From positions 1 to 34,439 of the IMG/VR virus record IMGVR_UViG_3300020220_000175: 34,439 bases of DNA. One strand, given 5' to 3'. This stretch comes from a virus (Duplodnaviria > Caudoviricetes). The notes below the pieces were generated by a model. The model was not told where the DNA came from, ran no database searches, and worked only from the letters and a program-made list of their open reading frames with translations. Within the stretch, counting starts at the first letter, position 1, and every line of letters begins with the position of its first letter. The position numbers and the translations under genes are program-made. Below, piece after piece: positions 24,834 to 34,439 of this stretch.

Positions 24834-26563
24834 TGGCCAATACACCAGAAAAGATATTAGGTAATTTAGATTTTAATGATATTAAAAACAGTCTAATAGA
24901 CTACCTAAAAACACAAGCAATAATAAAAGACTACAATTTTGAAGGATCCGCAATAAGAACATTAATAGATCTTATGGCATATAATACATTTTATTATGCT
25001 TATTATATGAATATGGTATCTAGTGAAATGTTTATTGATTCTGCACAAAGAATAGAATCTTTAATTTCTTTAACTAAACCTTTAGGGTTTACTGTTCCTG
25101 GCAGAAAATCAGCAAGAGCAAAAATTCAAGTATCTGGTGTAACTTCAAATGAAATTGCAAAACACTCCACATTTTATGGAGTAAATTCAGATGGCATTGT
25201 CTATACGTTTAGAAATTTATTATCAGGAAGTATGAGTGATAGTGATGTCGTATTGGAGGTAGTAGAAGGCACACTAGTAGTTGACAGTTCTGCACAATCA
25301 ACTATAAACACTACTAGTCAGAAATATTTTATACAAAATCCAAATGTAGACTTAAGTACTATAAAAGTTTTTGTTTCTGAAAATGGAGCAGATGCAAAAG
25401 AATGGAAATTAACTGGAAATATAGGATCTAATTTAACTGATGATAACATATATTTCATCGAACGGCTCAGTACCGGAGGATTTGCTATACAATTTGGTAT
25501 TGAAAACAATTTAGGAAAATCAATAAATCCAGATGTAGATGTAGTTGAAGTAAATTACATGGTATCTTCTGGAAATGCTGCTAATGATATTTCTTCTTTT
25601 AGTAACGATACTTCTAACATCTTTTCGTTCAGCAACTTATCAATAAATGTATCTTGTCCAGAATGTTATAGATCAAGTGGCGGGTTAAATCAACCTAATA
25701 TAAATTCAATAAAAATGTTAGCACCAAAGTGGTTTTCTGCTCAAGGAAGAGCAGTAACAAAATCTGACTATACCGCACTGATATATGAAGCAGGAATTGA
25801 TTTCGGTAAATTTAGTGTATTTGGAGGGGAAGAAGCATATCCACCAAAGTATGGTAGAGTATTTGTTTCCATTTCAAATGAAATAGAAGACCAAAAGAAA
25901 AAAGATATAATTGCTTTACTACGAGAATATTCAGTAATTACAATTTTTCCCGAATTAGTACAACCAAAAACAGTATCATATAGAATTTCTATTAGAGCAT
26001 TAACAAATAATCCATATGCCACGCTCAAACAAAAACAAGATATATCTAATAGAATTAAATCTTATATTTTAGATAATTATATAGAATATAATAGATTAGA
26101 TACTTCTTTTTATGCTGATGAAATATCAGATGATATTCAAAGTACTTTTGAATCAGATAAAATAGAACTAAGTCAAGATGATTTTGTATTTAAATTAACT
26201 GCTACTGGAAATGCAAATCAAGAACTGAATATAAGTAGCGGAAATAAATTTAAAATAGAAAATTCTCAAACTGTACAAATAACTGACGATTTTATTGATG
26301 TTCTTGGTAGAAATATAATTTTATATGCTAGAACAAATTCAAATACAAATAAAGCAAATTTTATAAAGTTGATAGCATATGACGCAAATGGAAATTTGTT
26401 AACTGGTGATTTCGGATTAATCAATATCGACCAAGGAATATTAACAATACCACCAATATCTTCCGAAGAATATACAGTTTCTATAGAACTTGAAAAGAAA
26501 TTCATTAAACCATTTGCTAATAATTTAAATAATATCTTTATAGATGAGGTTGTAGTTACATGA
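24833..26563 (+). CDS. gp6: Baseplate wedge gp6
   Basis: LDFNDIKNSL..YL...DYNFEGS....LIDLMAYNT...EMFIDSA...AQGRAVT..DY...GGEEA.PPKYGRVFVS. Confidence 0.92.
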   Translation: MANTPEKILGNLDFNDIKNSLIDYLKTQAIIKDYNFEGSAIRTLIDLMAYNTFYYAYYMNMVSSEMFIDSAQRIESLISLTKPLGFTVPGRKSARAKIQVSGVTSNEIAKHSTFYGVNSDGIVYTFRNLLSGSMSDSDVVLEVVEGTLVVDSSAQSTINTTSQKYFIQNPNVDLSTIKVFVSENGADAKEWKLTGNIGSNLTDDNIYFIERLSTGGFAIQFGIENNLGKSINPDVDVVEVNYMVSSGNAANDISSFSNDTSNIFSFSNLSINVSCPECYRSSGGLNQPNINSIKMLAPKWFSAQGRAVTKSDYTALIYEAGIDFGKFSVFGGEEAYPPKYGRVFVSISNEIEDQKKKDIIALLREYSVITIFPELVQPKTVSYRISIRALTNNPYATLKQKQDISNRIKSYILDNYIEYNRLDTSFYADEISDDIQSTFESDKIELSQDDFVFKLTATGNANQELNISSGNKFKIENSQTVQITDDFIDVLGRNIILYARTNSNTNKANFIKLIAYDANGNLLTGDFGLINIDQGILTIPPISSEEYTVSIELEKKFIKPFANNLNNIFIDEVVVT

Positions 26564-27708
26564 TTCCCATCATAACAACCATATCACAAACATCTTTAAA
26601 ATCAGAGTTAGATAATTTTTTTCTAAAAATAGAAACTACGGAAGAGTTAACTCAGGTTTTAGATGGATTTGTTCCTAGTGATGTCGGGTGTTCTACTCTT
26701 CACGATATAACCAAGTATATTCCTTTGTGGGTAGTTTATGAAAAGCAATCTTTAGAAGAAGAGGGCCAAACTCCTATAAGTGTTTTTGACTTTTTGCAAA
26801 AATACTATGATTGGTTATATTGTGATAATGATTCTGGTGCTCAATATTTTTTATCAAGTAACCTTTTAGATCTTATTGATATTGAAAAAACCAAACAGAA
26901 TTATTATGAAAGTTTTGCTAAAACATTTGCAGATGGATTTGATGTAAAACTAATTCAAGGAGCAAATCCAGATGTATCCAATCAAGCATTTATAACCTTT
27001 ATAAAAAACATAAAGAAAAATATACATCAAAGAAAAACTACAGTTGAAGCAATTAAATATTTCTTTCTAACATTGTTTGGAGTAGAGGATGTTTATCTTT
27101 ATGAACCTAAAAGAGATATTTTACGATTAAACGGCGGCGCATTTCAAAATGACAAATTTTCATTTATAAATGAAGGAATAACTGGTGATTATGAAACTAG
27201 AAGCGATTTAGCAGGTTCATATTTGAATCACTCTAGAATGCAAGATTCGAATTGGATTCAAGAGTATTCGTATTTACTCAAAGCAGGATATACTGCTGAG
27301 ATATATCAAAATACTTATTTAGATATGCTACACCCTGCTGGAATTAAAGTTTTCATAGAAAAAACTATAGAAGATTATCAGGGTCCAGAGAACCCAGAAA
27401 TCATACAAAATATTTCAGAGATACCTTTATTAGAAAATTATGCAGCATATGAGTTTAGTACTTCATATACTACTGGAATTTCTTCATTTAATGGAATAAC
27501 TTTGTACGGTTTAACTTTTTGTACTGGTTGTACTGGAAAATTTATTCCATTTGATGCGGCAACTCATTTCTTTCCCAAATGGACAGGTTCTATAGACAAT
27601 TCAATAACTAGTTTTTGGAATATAAATATAGATAATATGTTTGGACTATTTTATGAACAGGGTGCTACTAGTCCAAACTACGGTCTTACTTGTGGAAATT
27701 GTCCATAA
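26560..27708 (+). CDS. Baseplate wedge gp7-like (short)
   Basis: FLQKYYDWL...AIKYFF..LFG...YEPK..IL.L...QDS.WIQEYSY...LHPAG; located between gp6 and gp8. Confidence 0.7.
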   Translation: MIPIITTISQTSLKSELDNFFLKIETTEELTQVLDGFVPSDVGCSTLHDITKYIPLWVVYEKQSLEEEGQTPISVFDFLQKYYDWLYCDNDSGAQYFLSSNLLDLIDIEKTKQNYYESFAKTFADGFDVKLIQGANPDVSNQAFITFIKNIKKNIHQRKTTVEAIKYFFLTLFGVEDVYLYEPKRDILRLNGGAFQNDKFSFINEGITGDYETRSDLAGSYLNHSRMQDSNWIQEYSYLLKAGYTAEIYQNTYLDMLHPAGIKVFIEKTIEDYQGPENPEIIQNISEIPLLENYAAYEFSTSYTTGISSFNGITLYGLTFCTGCTGKFIPFDAATHFFPKWTGSIDNSITSFWNINIDNMFGLFYEQGATSPNYGLTCGNCP

Positions 27709-27722
27709 TTTTAGGAGAATAA

Positions 27723-29483
27723 ATGGCAAAGAATACAGTATCTAAGTACATAATAGACTATGGAGTAAAATATATCAGGTATCTCCTACTTGGTAATACT
27801 GATTCTACATTTAATAACGATACCACCGATTCATTTAAAACTGGGTGGAGAGATGCACACATCTCGTATAAAGTAACAAAAAATGATATAATAGGTGTAG
27901 TTCCAAATAATTCATGGAATAGTAGTTCATTCTATACCGCGTGGACATCTAATTTAAGTTCATCTATTACTAATTTTTATGTCTATGTTCCCGAGACAGG
28001 AATAGTTTATTTGTGCATTTCAAATAATCCATATAATGATGAAGCTTTATCGGGTAATTATGTTTCAACACATAAACCAGTGCATCAATATGGAATAGTT
28101 AAATACGATGATGGATATTCTTGGTTGTCTTTATATAAAATTACACCAGATCTTTATAAATTTGTAAATTCAAGTTGGATACCAGTTATAAGTTTTGATA
28201 ATTTAGATCTAAGCAATGAGACAAATCAGTATAGAAGAGCCGTTAGTTTCTGCGAAGGTTATTCTACCAGTGAAGTAGGAAACTGTGGAATATATTTTAA
28301 TTCAGATACAAGACTACCAATAACAGACAGCACATATGAAACTTATTCTAAGGGTGATCTGTTTACTACTCTTTCAAACACAACATGCAATGAGTGTTTT
28401 TGGTTGTTTGAAGGAAAAAACGACAATTATACTTCTGTATTTTATGGATCTTCTTCGGTTGAAACTAGTATAACTATACCAGATACAATAACTGAAATAG
28501 AATCATACATTAATAGCAATAAAATTTCTCCAAATTCTGCATATTATAAACTATACGATTATTATATGCAAAATGGATTATTGGATGGGTCAATAATTTC
28601 TGCAACTATTGATTTATCTGGTTTAAGTGTATCTGAAAAAACAGTAACAGAAGCAAACCCATCGATTACTATAAATTCTGGTTCAGGCACTGGAGCAGAA
28701 ATGAGATTGACTACATTTATAAATTCATTAGGAAATTATGAAATAAATGGAATTGAAATAGTAGAACATGGTCAAGATTATAACGATTATAATCTAGATA
28801 TAGATTCAAGTATACTTTCTGGCATGTCAGAATCTACTTTATTATCTTTAATAACATTAAACCTCGATGTTTATGATGGAATGGGGTTTGATCCTATTAC
28901 CGTATTAAATTGTAAAAATATTCAAACCAATGTATCAATTGAAACACAAACTCTGATTGATGATGGTATAACAATACCAGATTCTATAAATTATTATATG
29001 TTGGTAGATAATCCAACACAAGAAGTTGGGGATTTGGAATTATTAGCAGGTAAATCAAATACAACTAAGTTTACAAGAGTAATCGAAAAACGATACACAG
29101 AAATACCACTACTTCTGTACTCTTCCGGTTCTCCCGAAAGAACAAAATTAGAAAATAAAGCAAATTGGTCTGCTATAAATGTAAATTTAACTGGATCCAA
29201 AATACAAAAAACTAAAATTGTAGATGTAAAATTCAACACAATATCAGGGAGAACATTTGTTAAATTGGTAGGTGATATAAAGAATGAAGCAGAAAATATA
29301 ACCGATTTTAGCATAACTGGAACAAAATATGAAATAATAGGACCAGCAGTAATTCCAACAGGCCTTAAACAGTTTAGTGGATCTCTATCAAAGGCAAATA
29401 AATTTATAGAAAGAACAATTGCATCATCGGAAAGTCCAACGATCAACATAGGAATGAACTTAAATATAGTAACACCAATCTGA
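27723..29483 (+). CDS. gp8: Baseplate wedge gp8-like
   Basis: VVP...W....FY...NFYV....VYLCISN...DGYSWL.LYKI...WIPV. Confidence 0.75.
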   Translation: MAKNTVSKYIIDYGVKYIRYLLLGNTDSTFNNDTTDSFKTGWRDAHISYKVTKNDIIGVVPNNSWNSSSFYTAWTSNLSSSITNFYVYVPETGIVYLCISNNPYNDEALSGNYVSTHKPVHQYGIVKYDDGYSWLSLYKITPDLYKFVNSSWIPVISFDNLDLSNETNQYRRAVSFCEGYSTSEVGNCGIYFNSDTRLPITDSTYETYSKGDLFTTLSNTTCNECFWLFEGKNDNYTSVFYGSSSVETSITIPDTITEIESYINSNKISPNSAYYKLYDYYMQNGLLDGSIISATIDLSGLSVSEKTVTEANPSITINSGSGTGAEMRLTTFINSLGNYEINGIEIVEHGQDYNDYNLDIDSSILSGMSESTLLSLITLNLDVYDGMGFDPITVLNCKNIQTNVSIETQTLIDDGITIPDSINYYMLVDNPTQEVGDLELLAGKSNTTKFTRVIEKRYTEIPLLLYSSGSPERTKLENKANWSAINVNLTGSKIQKTKIVDVKFNTISGRTFVKLVGDIKNEAENITDFSITGTKYEIIGPAVIPTGLKQFSGSLSKANKFIERTIASSESPTINIGMNLNIVTPI

Positions 29484-29493
29484 AAGATTACAA

Positions 29494-30198
29494 ATGAATA
29501 AATTTCCACTTTCCACTTCCCCATACAATAGCAGAAATAATCAATTTCTTGAGCAAAGAAATCTTTCAGAATCGGATGATGAAATGTATAAAAATTATGT
29601 TTATACTTCTTTCACTCCCGGTTATCCACTTCAAGCTCAGGAATTGAATGAAATACAGGAAAGATGGCAGCAACAAATGTCATTTAGTTACCAATTTATG
29701 ACAGAGTATTTTACCAAGGCATCAAGTGGTGAATCATTCTATGTCACATCTAGCAATGGAGTTTTAGTTATTAATGATCAAGCACTTTCTGTCGAAATAG
29801 CTTCTTTAACCGCAACAGTGGGAACCATAACTGGTGAATCAAATTATGTTTCAGTATATGACAACGGAATGAGATATTGGGTAAAATTGCCAACCCTTCA
29901 GTTAACAGTAAATATGGCGAACACCGATACTCGTTATGTAAAACTAAATACTCAAATATCATACATCAATTGTTCATCTATACCAGGAAATGAAGGATAT
30001 TTTTTCAATGATAATTCAAGTGGAAATTATATTGCAGGAACGTGCGGGGCGGGTAGAGTTAAAGTTGAAATTATATCCTTAACAGAAAGTTCTTCGGCTA
30101 CTGATTCTAATTTAATTTTTAGAATTGAAAAAACACCAAATGGTATAAAAGTTTATAATATAGGTACAGGTTTTGAGATAACGAATTCACAGTCATGA
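29494..30198 (+). CDS. DUF4815-like virion protein (paralog 1)
   Basis: SPY...KNY...FTPGYPLQAQELNEIQ...DNSSG...GAGRVK. Confidence 0.65.
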   Translation: MNKFPLSTSPYNSRNNQFLEQRNLSESDDEMYKNYVYTSFTPGYPLQAQELNEIQERWQQQMSFSYQFMTEYFTKASSGESFYVTSSNGVLVINDQALSVEIASLTATVGTITGESNYVSVYDNGMRYWVKLPTLQLTVNMANTDTRYVKLNTQISYINCSSIPGNEGYFFNDNSSGNYIAGTCGAGRVKVEIISLTESSSATDSNLIFRIEKTPNGIKVYNIGTGFEITNSQS

Positions 30199-30944
30199 CA
30201 CTTACAAATGATATACTTACTAGACAAGCAGGTTATAGGTTAAATCCATATCCACTTGGGAGTAGAGTATTTGAATCTCTAACTAGACTTAAATCAAATT
30301 ATTTTCTTTTAGCATTCAAACCAGGAATTGCACTCCAGGCTGCAGAATTAAATGAAATGCAAGAGATTTTTAATTTATATAATACTTTAAACTTACATTT
30401 TTATTCTCAATGGCCAATCGTTGGAGATAATATTTCAACAGATCTTCAAGAACAATTAACAGGTATTTCTGGGGTAAATTATACTAATCCAAATATAATT
30501 TCTCAGAATTTTCCATTAATTTCCTCACAGATTCAAATGACAAAGGAAAATGATAAGATCAAGTTAACATTTAATACTGGGTGGTTTACTATTGCAAATC
30601 CAGAAACTAGTAGAAATTATTGGTTTTATAATTTTGAAACAAAAGATTTACTGATTGATCCTCCATCAACTACTACACCAAAACAAGTTTATTTGAATTA
30701 TGAATCTCAAACTATTACCAGTTCATTTGTGGATGGAGACGAAGGGTATTTCTTTCATGATCGTTCAAACAGATTTATTAACGACATAACAGACGGAGCA
30801 GATAGACTTAAATTAGTAATAACCTCCTTTTCAGAGATTAATGATTCAGATCCAAACACACCAATTTGCAAGGTTATTAATACTGGAGAATCATTTATTC
30901 TAAGTGCAATAAACAATTATGCTATTAGCAAAATAGACATATAA
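30195..30944 (+). CDS. DUF4815-like virion protein (paralog 2)
   Basis: NY...FKPGIALQAAELNEMQ...EGYFFHD...GADRLKL. Confidence 0.65.
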   Translation: MTLTNDILTRQAGYRLNPYPLGSRVFESLTRLKSNYFLLAFKPGIALQAAELNEMQEIFNLYNTLNLHFYSQWPIVGDNISTDLQEQLTGISGVNYTNPNIISQNFPLISSQIQMTKENDKIKLTFNTGWFTIANPETSRNYWFYNFETKDLLIDPPSTTTPKQVYLNYESQTITSSFVDGDEGYFFHDRSNRFINDITDGADRLKLVITSFSEINDSDPNTPICKVINTGESFILSAINNYAISKIDI

Positions 30945-30947
30945 ATA
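30940..30947 (+). promoter_or_regulatory. T4-type late promoter TATAAATA
   Basis: Exact consensus upstream of an AAGGA SD and ATG 30966. Confidence 0.75.
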
Positions 30948-30965
30948 AGCAAGTAAAGGAAAAAA

Positions 30966-33233
30966 ATGCCAATTGATACAACCACAGTTATAAGCAGTCT
31001 AGATCCAAAAGATACTTTCTACGATTGGTGGACCAAAACCAATGATGAAATTATCGAAAAACTCAATATCCTTAAGGTTTTTGGGTTAACTCATGGATCT
31101 GGTATATCTTTGGATGGACCAACAAGTGGTACATGGAAAATTGCAATAGGGGGAACTTTACCAATAACTGCTGGTCTTACCTTTACTGGGAATGTAGACT
31201 TTAACGGACAAACAATTCTTCCAAATTTATCATTTAAAGTTACAGGTATAACCACAGGAACATCTGGATTTACTTTTGGTACTCCTGTATATTATAATCA
31301 AACACATGGATATACTGCATCTAATGGTGGAGATCCATGTACTGCTGAAGTTTTAGGAGTAATTAGTGGTCAAACAAACACATACTCTGTCATAACAACA
31401 ATAGGTAAAATTGATGGTAATTTTAGCGGAGTTGCAGGATCTGCATTAACACCAGGGAAGATTTACTTTTTAAGCGATACAATAACTGGTGGAATCACTA
31501 CCGCAGAACCAAATACAACAGGAACAGTTTCTAAACCAGTCATTTATGCTCTTGGGGTAACATCTGGAGTAGTTTTACATTATAGAGGTAATTATTTAAA
31601 CAGTGCAGTTGGAGCAGCAGGAGTTACTGGAACTAATAGAATATTTGTTGCATTAGCAACTTCTGGAGCCAGTACCGCAGGAATAGTATCAGGAAAAGTA
31701 GTTTCGTATAACCCAAATATAGGATCTCTTGAAGAGTTTCAAGAGTATCTAACAGCCAATGGTAATAGGAATCATGTCAGTCGTTGGTTTTTGAGTAGAT
31801 CTTCTATAAATCAAAATTCTGATATTGGCCATGAAGAAGATTATATTATTGGTGTAGTTGTTGATTCTGTTGTAGATGGAGCAAATACAATATTTGAAAT
31901 AGCAACAGCAGGCGATGTCGCCGGAACTATAGGATCTGGAGTTTTAGGTAATCACTACTTAAGTAATGATTGGACTAGCTCTGCTAATCAATTAGTTACC
32001 AATGTTGCTCCAACATATAATGGAAAAATAATAGCATCACAATACATTGCAAATAGATTTACAGTATTAAATCAAAATAAAAAGAATTCAACTTCCTCCG
32101 CCAATTTGGTTTCAGCAGTTCAAGCATCTCAATCTACAACAATAGAACAAAGCAATAACTTACTGTTAAATGGTAATTTTGATATATGGCAAAGAGATAC
32201 CGGGAAAAACACAGGATATACTGGTGCTGAAAATTTAGCGTTTGCTGATATGTGGAGAAGAACAGATGGAATAACTTCTTCTGCAACAAAAGCATTTTCT
32301 ATAGAAAGAAAAACATTTGATGATTACCAAGATGATGTAGAAGGATCACCAACATACTATATCGATGTAAAATGTTTGGGAACCACATATGCTTCTAGTG
32401 ATTACATCACAATAGGTCATGTAATTCCATCAGCAAAAGCACTAAATGATCAAGAAGTAACTTTAAGTTTCTATGGAAAATGTAGTTCGAATGGATTGAA
32501 TATCCAAGTTTATAATGCGAGATATGTGGATGGAGTTCAAGAAGATTACGATGCTGTCCAAGAGTTTACATTAGGAACTTCTTGGGAAAGATTTAATGTT
32601 TCATTTACTATAGAAAATCTAGCAACACTAGGTGGTGCAAGACAAAATGATTATACAGAGGTTGGATTTGATTTCATACCATTGATAAAGACTACAGTTG
32701 GAGCAGGATCTCCTTTATCTGCTTCTGCTACTGTAAGTATTGCTTCTGTTTGTCTTGTTCATGGAAACAATCTAGAGTTTAATCATAATCATGGAAACAA
32801 AGAATATAATCTAGCAGAATGTAGAAAATATTTCTATAGCAGTTATCCATCAAATAATATTGCAGAAGATAATACTATGATTGACAGAACTATTCCAGAT
32901 TATGGAATATTCAATCATATCATTATACCAACACAAAACTGCAACTATGTCAAATATCCAGTAGAAATGAGAACAACCCCAACACTTATAATTTATTCAC
33001 CATCAACTGGAGCAAATGATGCATTCAATCAAACCTCTGGTAGAGATTGTAGGTTGTCCGGTGGAACAATAGGATATAATAATAGAAATAGAGTTGTTAG
33101 AGCAGGAGTAAATGTAATAACAACAGATACTACTAGAAATGGATTTAAAATTTGTGCAGAACAAGGAATAGTAGAGTATGATCGAATCTACTACCACATA
33201 ATAGCAGACGCTGATTTCCCACTACCAAGTTAA
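30966..33233 (+). CDS. Tail fibre-like structural protein with a C-terminal carbohydrate-binding-like domain
   Basis: N-terminal DTFYDWWTKTN; AEVLGVI...LTPGKIYFLS domain; NLLLNGNFDIWQR...FADMW...LAECRKYF...PVEMRTTPT. Confidence 0.7.
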   Translation: MPIDTTTVISSLDPKDTFYDWWTKTNDEIIEKLNILKVFGLTHGSGISLDGPTSGTWKIAIGGTLPITAGLTFTGNVDFNGQTILPNLSFKVTGITTGTSGFTFGTPVYYNQTHGYTASNGGDPCTAEVLGVISGQTNTYSVITTIGKIDGNFSGVAGSALTPGKIYFLSDTITGGITTAEPNTTGTVSKPVIYALGVTSGVVLHYRGNYLNSAVGAAGVTGTNRIFVALATSGASTAGIVSGKVVSYNPNIGSLEEFQEYLTANGNRNHVSRWFLSRSSINQNSDIGHEEDYIIGVVVDSVVDGANTIFEIATAGDVAGTIGSGVLGNHYLSNDWTSSANQLVTNVAPTYNGKIIASQYIANRFTVLNQNKKNSTSSANLVSAVQASQSTTIEQSNNLLLNGNFDIWQRDTGKNTGYTGAENLAFADMWRRTDGITSSATKAFSIERKTFDDYQDDVEGSPTYYIDVKCLGTTYASSDYITIGHVIPSAKALNDQEVTLSFYGKCSSNGLNIQVYNARYVDGVQEDYDAVQEFTLGTSWERFNVSFTIENLATLGGARQNDYTEVGFDFIPLIKTTVGAGSPLSASATVSIASVCLVHGNNLEFNHNHGNKEYNLAECRKYFYSSYPSNNIAEDNTMIDRTIPDYGIFNHIIIPTQNCNYVKYPVEMRTTPTLIIYSPSTGANDAFNQTSGRDCRLSGGTIGYNNRNRVVRAGVNVITTDTTRNGFKICAEQGIVEYDRIYYHIIADADFPLPS

Positions 33234-33245
33234 AAGAGGTAAAAA

Positions 33246-34439
33246 ATGCCAAGTTGCGGTAATAGTTCAAATATACTTTCAACTCAAAATAATATAACAT
33301 TATCTACTTCTGGAGCAGGATCTAGATTAGAATGCCAGATTACATCTGGATCTTATGTATCTGGAATAACATCTGGTGATGTTATATTTTATAATACTAC
33401 AACAGAAAAATATGAAAAATCTAAAGCAGATGATCAAGTAACTGCTGAAGTTTTTGGAGTAGTCGAAAGTTATAATGCCGCGAGCTCATCATTGAGTGTA
33501 GTAATAAGTGGATCTATAAATTTACCAGATGCTTTTTTAGAAATTTCAGCAGAAAATGGAGCTTCTGGTGGAAAAGATGTTTACTTTTTAAGTGCGGCAA
33601 CCGCAGGAAAACTTCAAGATATTGCTCCAACTGAAACTGGAAACATAGTAAAACCAGTATATCAAGTAGGACCACATGGTTCTGGTTCTTATACTGGAAT
33701 TGTAAACAATTATATTGGGTATGTTGTTGGCGGAGAAGCAGAAGTTCAATTTGATAGATTGTTAGGTGGGGGTGTTGGTACTTTTGCATTATTCATGTCT
33801 GGTGCAGAAATTACAGATGAATATTCTCCATGTGATGGAGAAACTTTAGTAACTGCGGCAGATAATCCTAAATTTATAGAGAAGTTCGATTTATCATTGC
33901 CTTATATAATGAAGGTTCAACCTCTAAATAGCGATGGGTCAGCCAAAACACCAGATGCTAGTTTTATAGGAAAAAGAGTTGCCGCAGATACTAAATCTTC
34001 ATTTGCTTCAAGGGCACAAAAAGCACAATTCTCGTTTCCCGCAGTTACACTTTGGAGTGCAGACTCTACATATTATTACTTTAAAGTAGATCCTCTTGTA
34101 TATTCATATAATGCAAATTCAGAAAAACCAGTTTCAAAAAGAAATACATCAGAACACATACTATCACCACAGTCTAATGTACCAGCGACTGGATTTAATT
34201 ATAATTGGTTTTTCTTTGGCGGAAGCAACGAAACATTTGGTGGAAATTTTTATGTAAATAGTCAATTCACTTTACATGGATTGCTAACTCCAAAAGTTTC
34301 ATTTAGTAACGATATACTGACTAGTGATAATAGAAAACTACAATCTTTTTCTTCTAATTTTTCAGGAGGAAGAGTACAAGAAGCAGGTCCATTGAAAGTT
34401 TACATAAAAACTAAAAGCACAGAAACCAAATCTCTAACT
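33246..34439 (+). CDS. Fibre-like structural protein, truncated by the window end
   Basis: AGAGGT SD, MPSCGNSS...; AEVFGVV...YFLS...GKLQ...KPV domain shared with the previous gene; collar-like GTFALF...CDGETL; frame open to the end. Confidence 0.75.
   Translation, partial: MPSCGNSSNILSTQNNITLSTSGAGSRLECQITSGSYVSGITSGDVIFYNTTTEKYEKSKADDQVTAEVFGVVESYNAASSSLSVVISGSINLPDAFLEISAENGASGGKDVYFLSAATAGKLQDIAPTETGNIVKPVYQVGPHGSGSYTGIVNNYIGYVVGGEAEVQFDRLLGGGVGTFALFMSGAEITDEYSPCDGETLVTAADNPKFIEKFDLSLPYIMKVQPLNSDGSAKTPDASFIGKRVAADTKSSFASRAQKAQFSFPAVTLWSADSTYYYFKVDPLVYSYNANSEKPVSKRNTSEHILSPQSNVPATGFNYNWFFFGGSNETFGGNFYVNSQFTLHGLLTPKVSFSNDILTSDNRKLQSFSSNFSGGRVQEAGPLKVYIKTKSTETKSLT

Noticed and set aside
9487-33789. 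Many short antisense or alternate-frame ORFs inside structural genes
   Set aside because: Shadow ORFs of well-supported genes, with no SD or recognisable motifs.
1-34439. Alternative genetic code, CRISPR array, DGR or integrase
   Set aside because: Long ORFs are intact in code 11 with TAA, TGA and TAG stops. No spaced repeats, reverse transcriptase or recombinase were seen.

Overview
This 34.4 kb window comes from a large T4-like (Tevenvirinae/Kyanoviridae-style) myophage genome and uses the standard genetic code. The left ~9 kb is an accessory and host-takeover region. It holds late-promoter genes with T4 internal-protein-like N-termini (including a nucleotidyltransferase-TM-lysozyme fusion), WYL_2, GMP reductase (guaC), a DenV-like glycosylase, an HTH protein, basic microproteins, three tRNAs (Lys-UUU, a non-canonical Ile-UAU, Arg-UCU), a complete tmRNA (tag ANTRAFAMAA) and a Zn deaminase. 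The middle carries gp33, gp32 and a minus-strand tail operon (gp4, gp54-like, gp26, gp51-like, tape-measure-like). The right part is the baseplate operon (gp48, gp53, a 2162-aa hub, gp25, gp6, gp7, gp8, two DUF4815-like paralogs, fibre-like proteins). The most notable observations are: (1) an apparent -1 programmed frameshift fusing gp26 to a start-less gp51 frame, sitting between a tube-family gene and a tape-measure-like gene as lambda G/GT does; (2) a putative head-packaged, protease-processed NTase/lysozyme polyprotein; (3) a hub with a very large Cys-rich insertion and no adjacent gp5; (4) a translation-support RNA cluster with an aberrant tRNA-Ile(UAU) and an unannotated pseudoknotted RNA. 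All calls come from reading motifs by eye; no searches were run.
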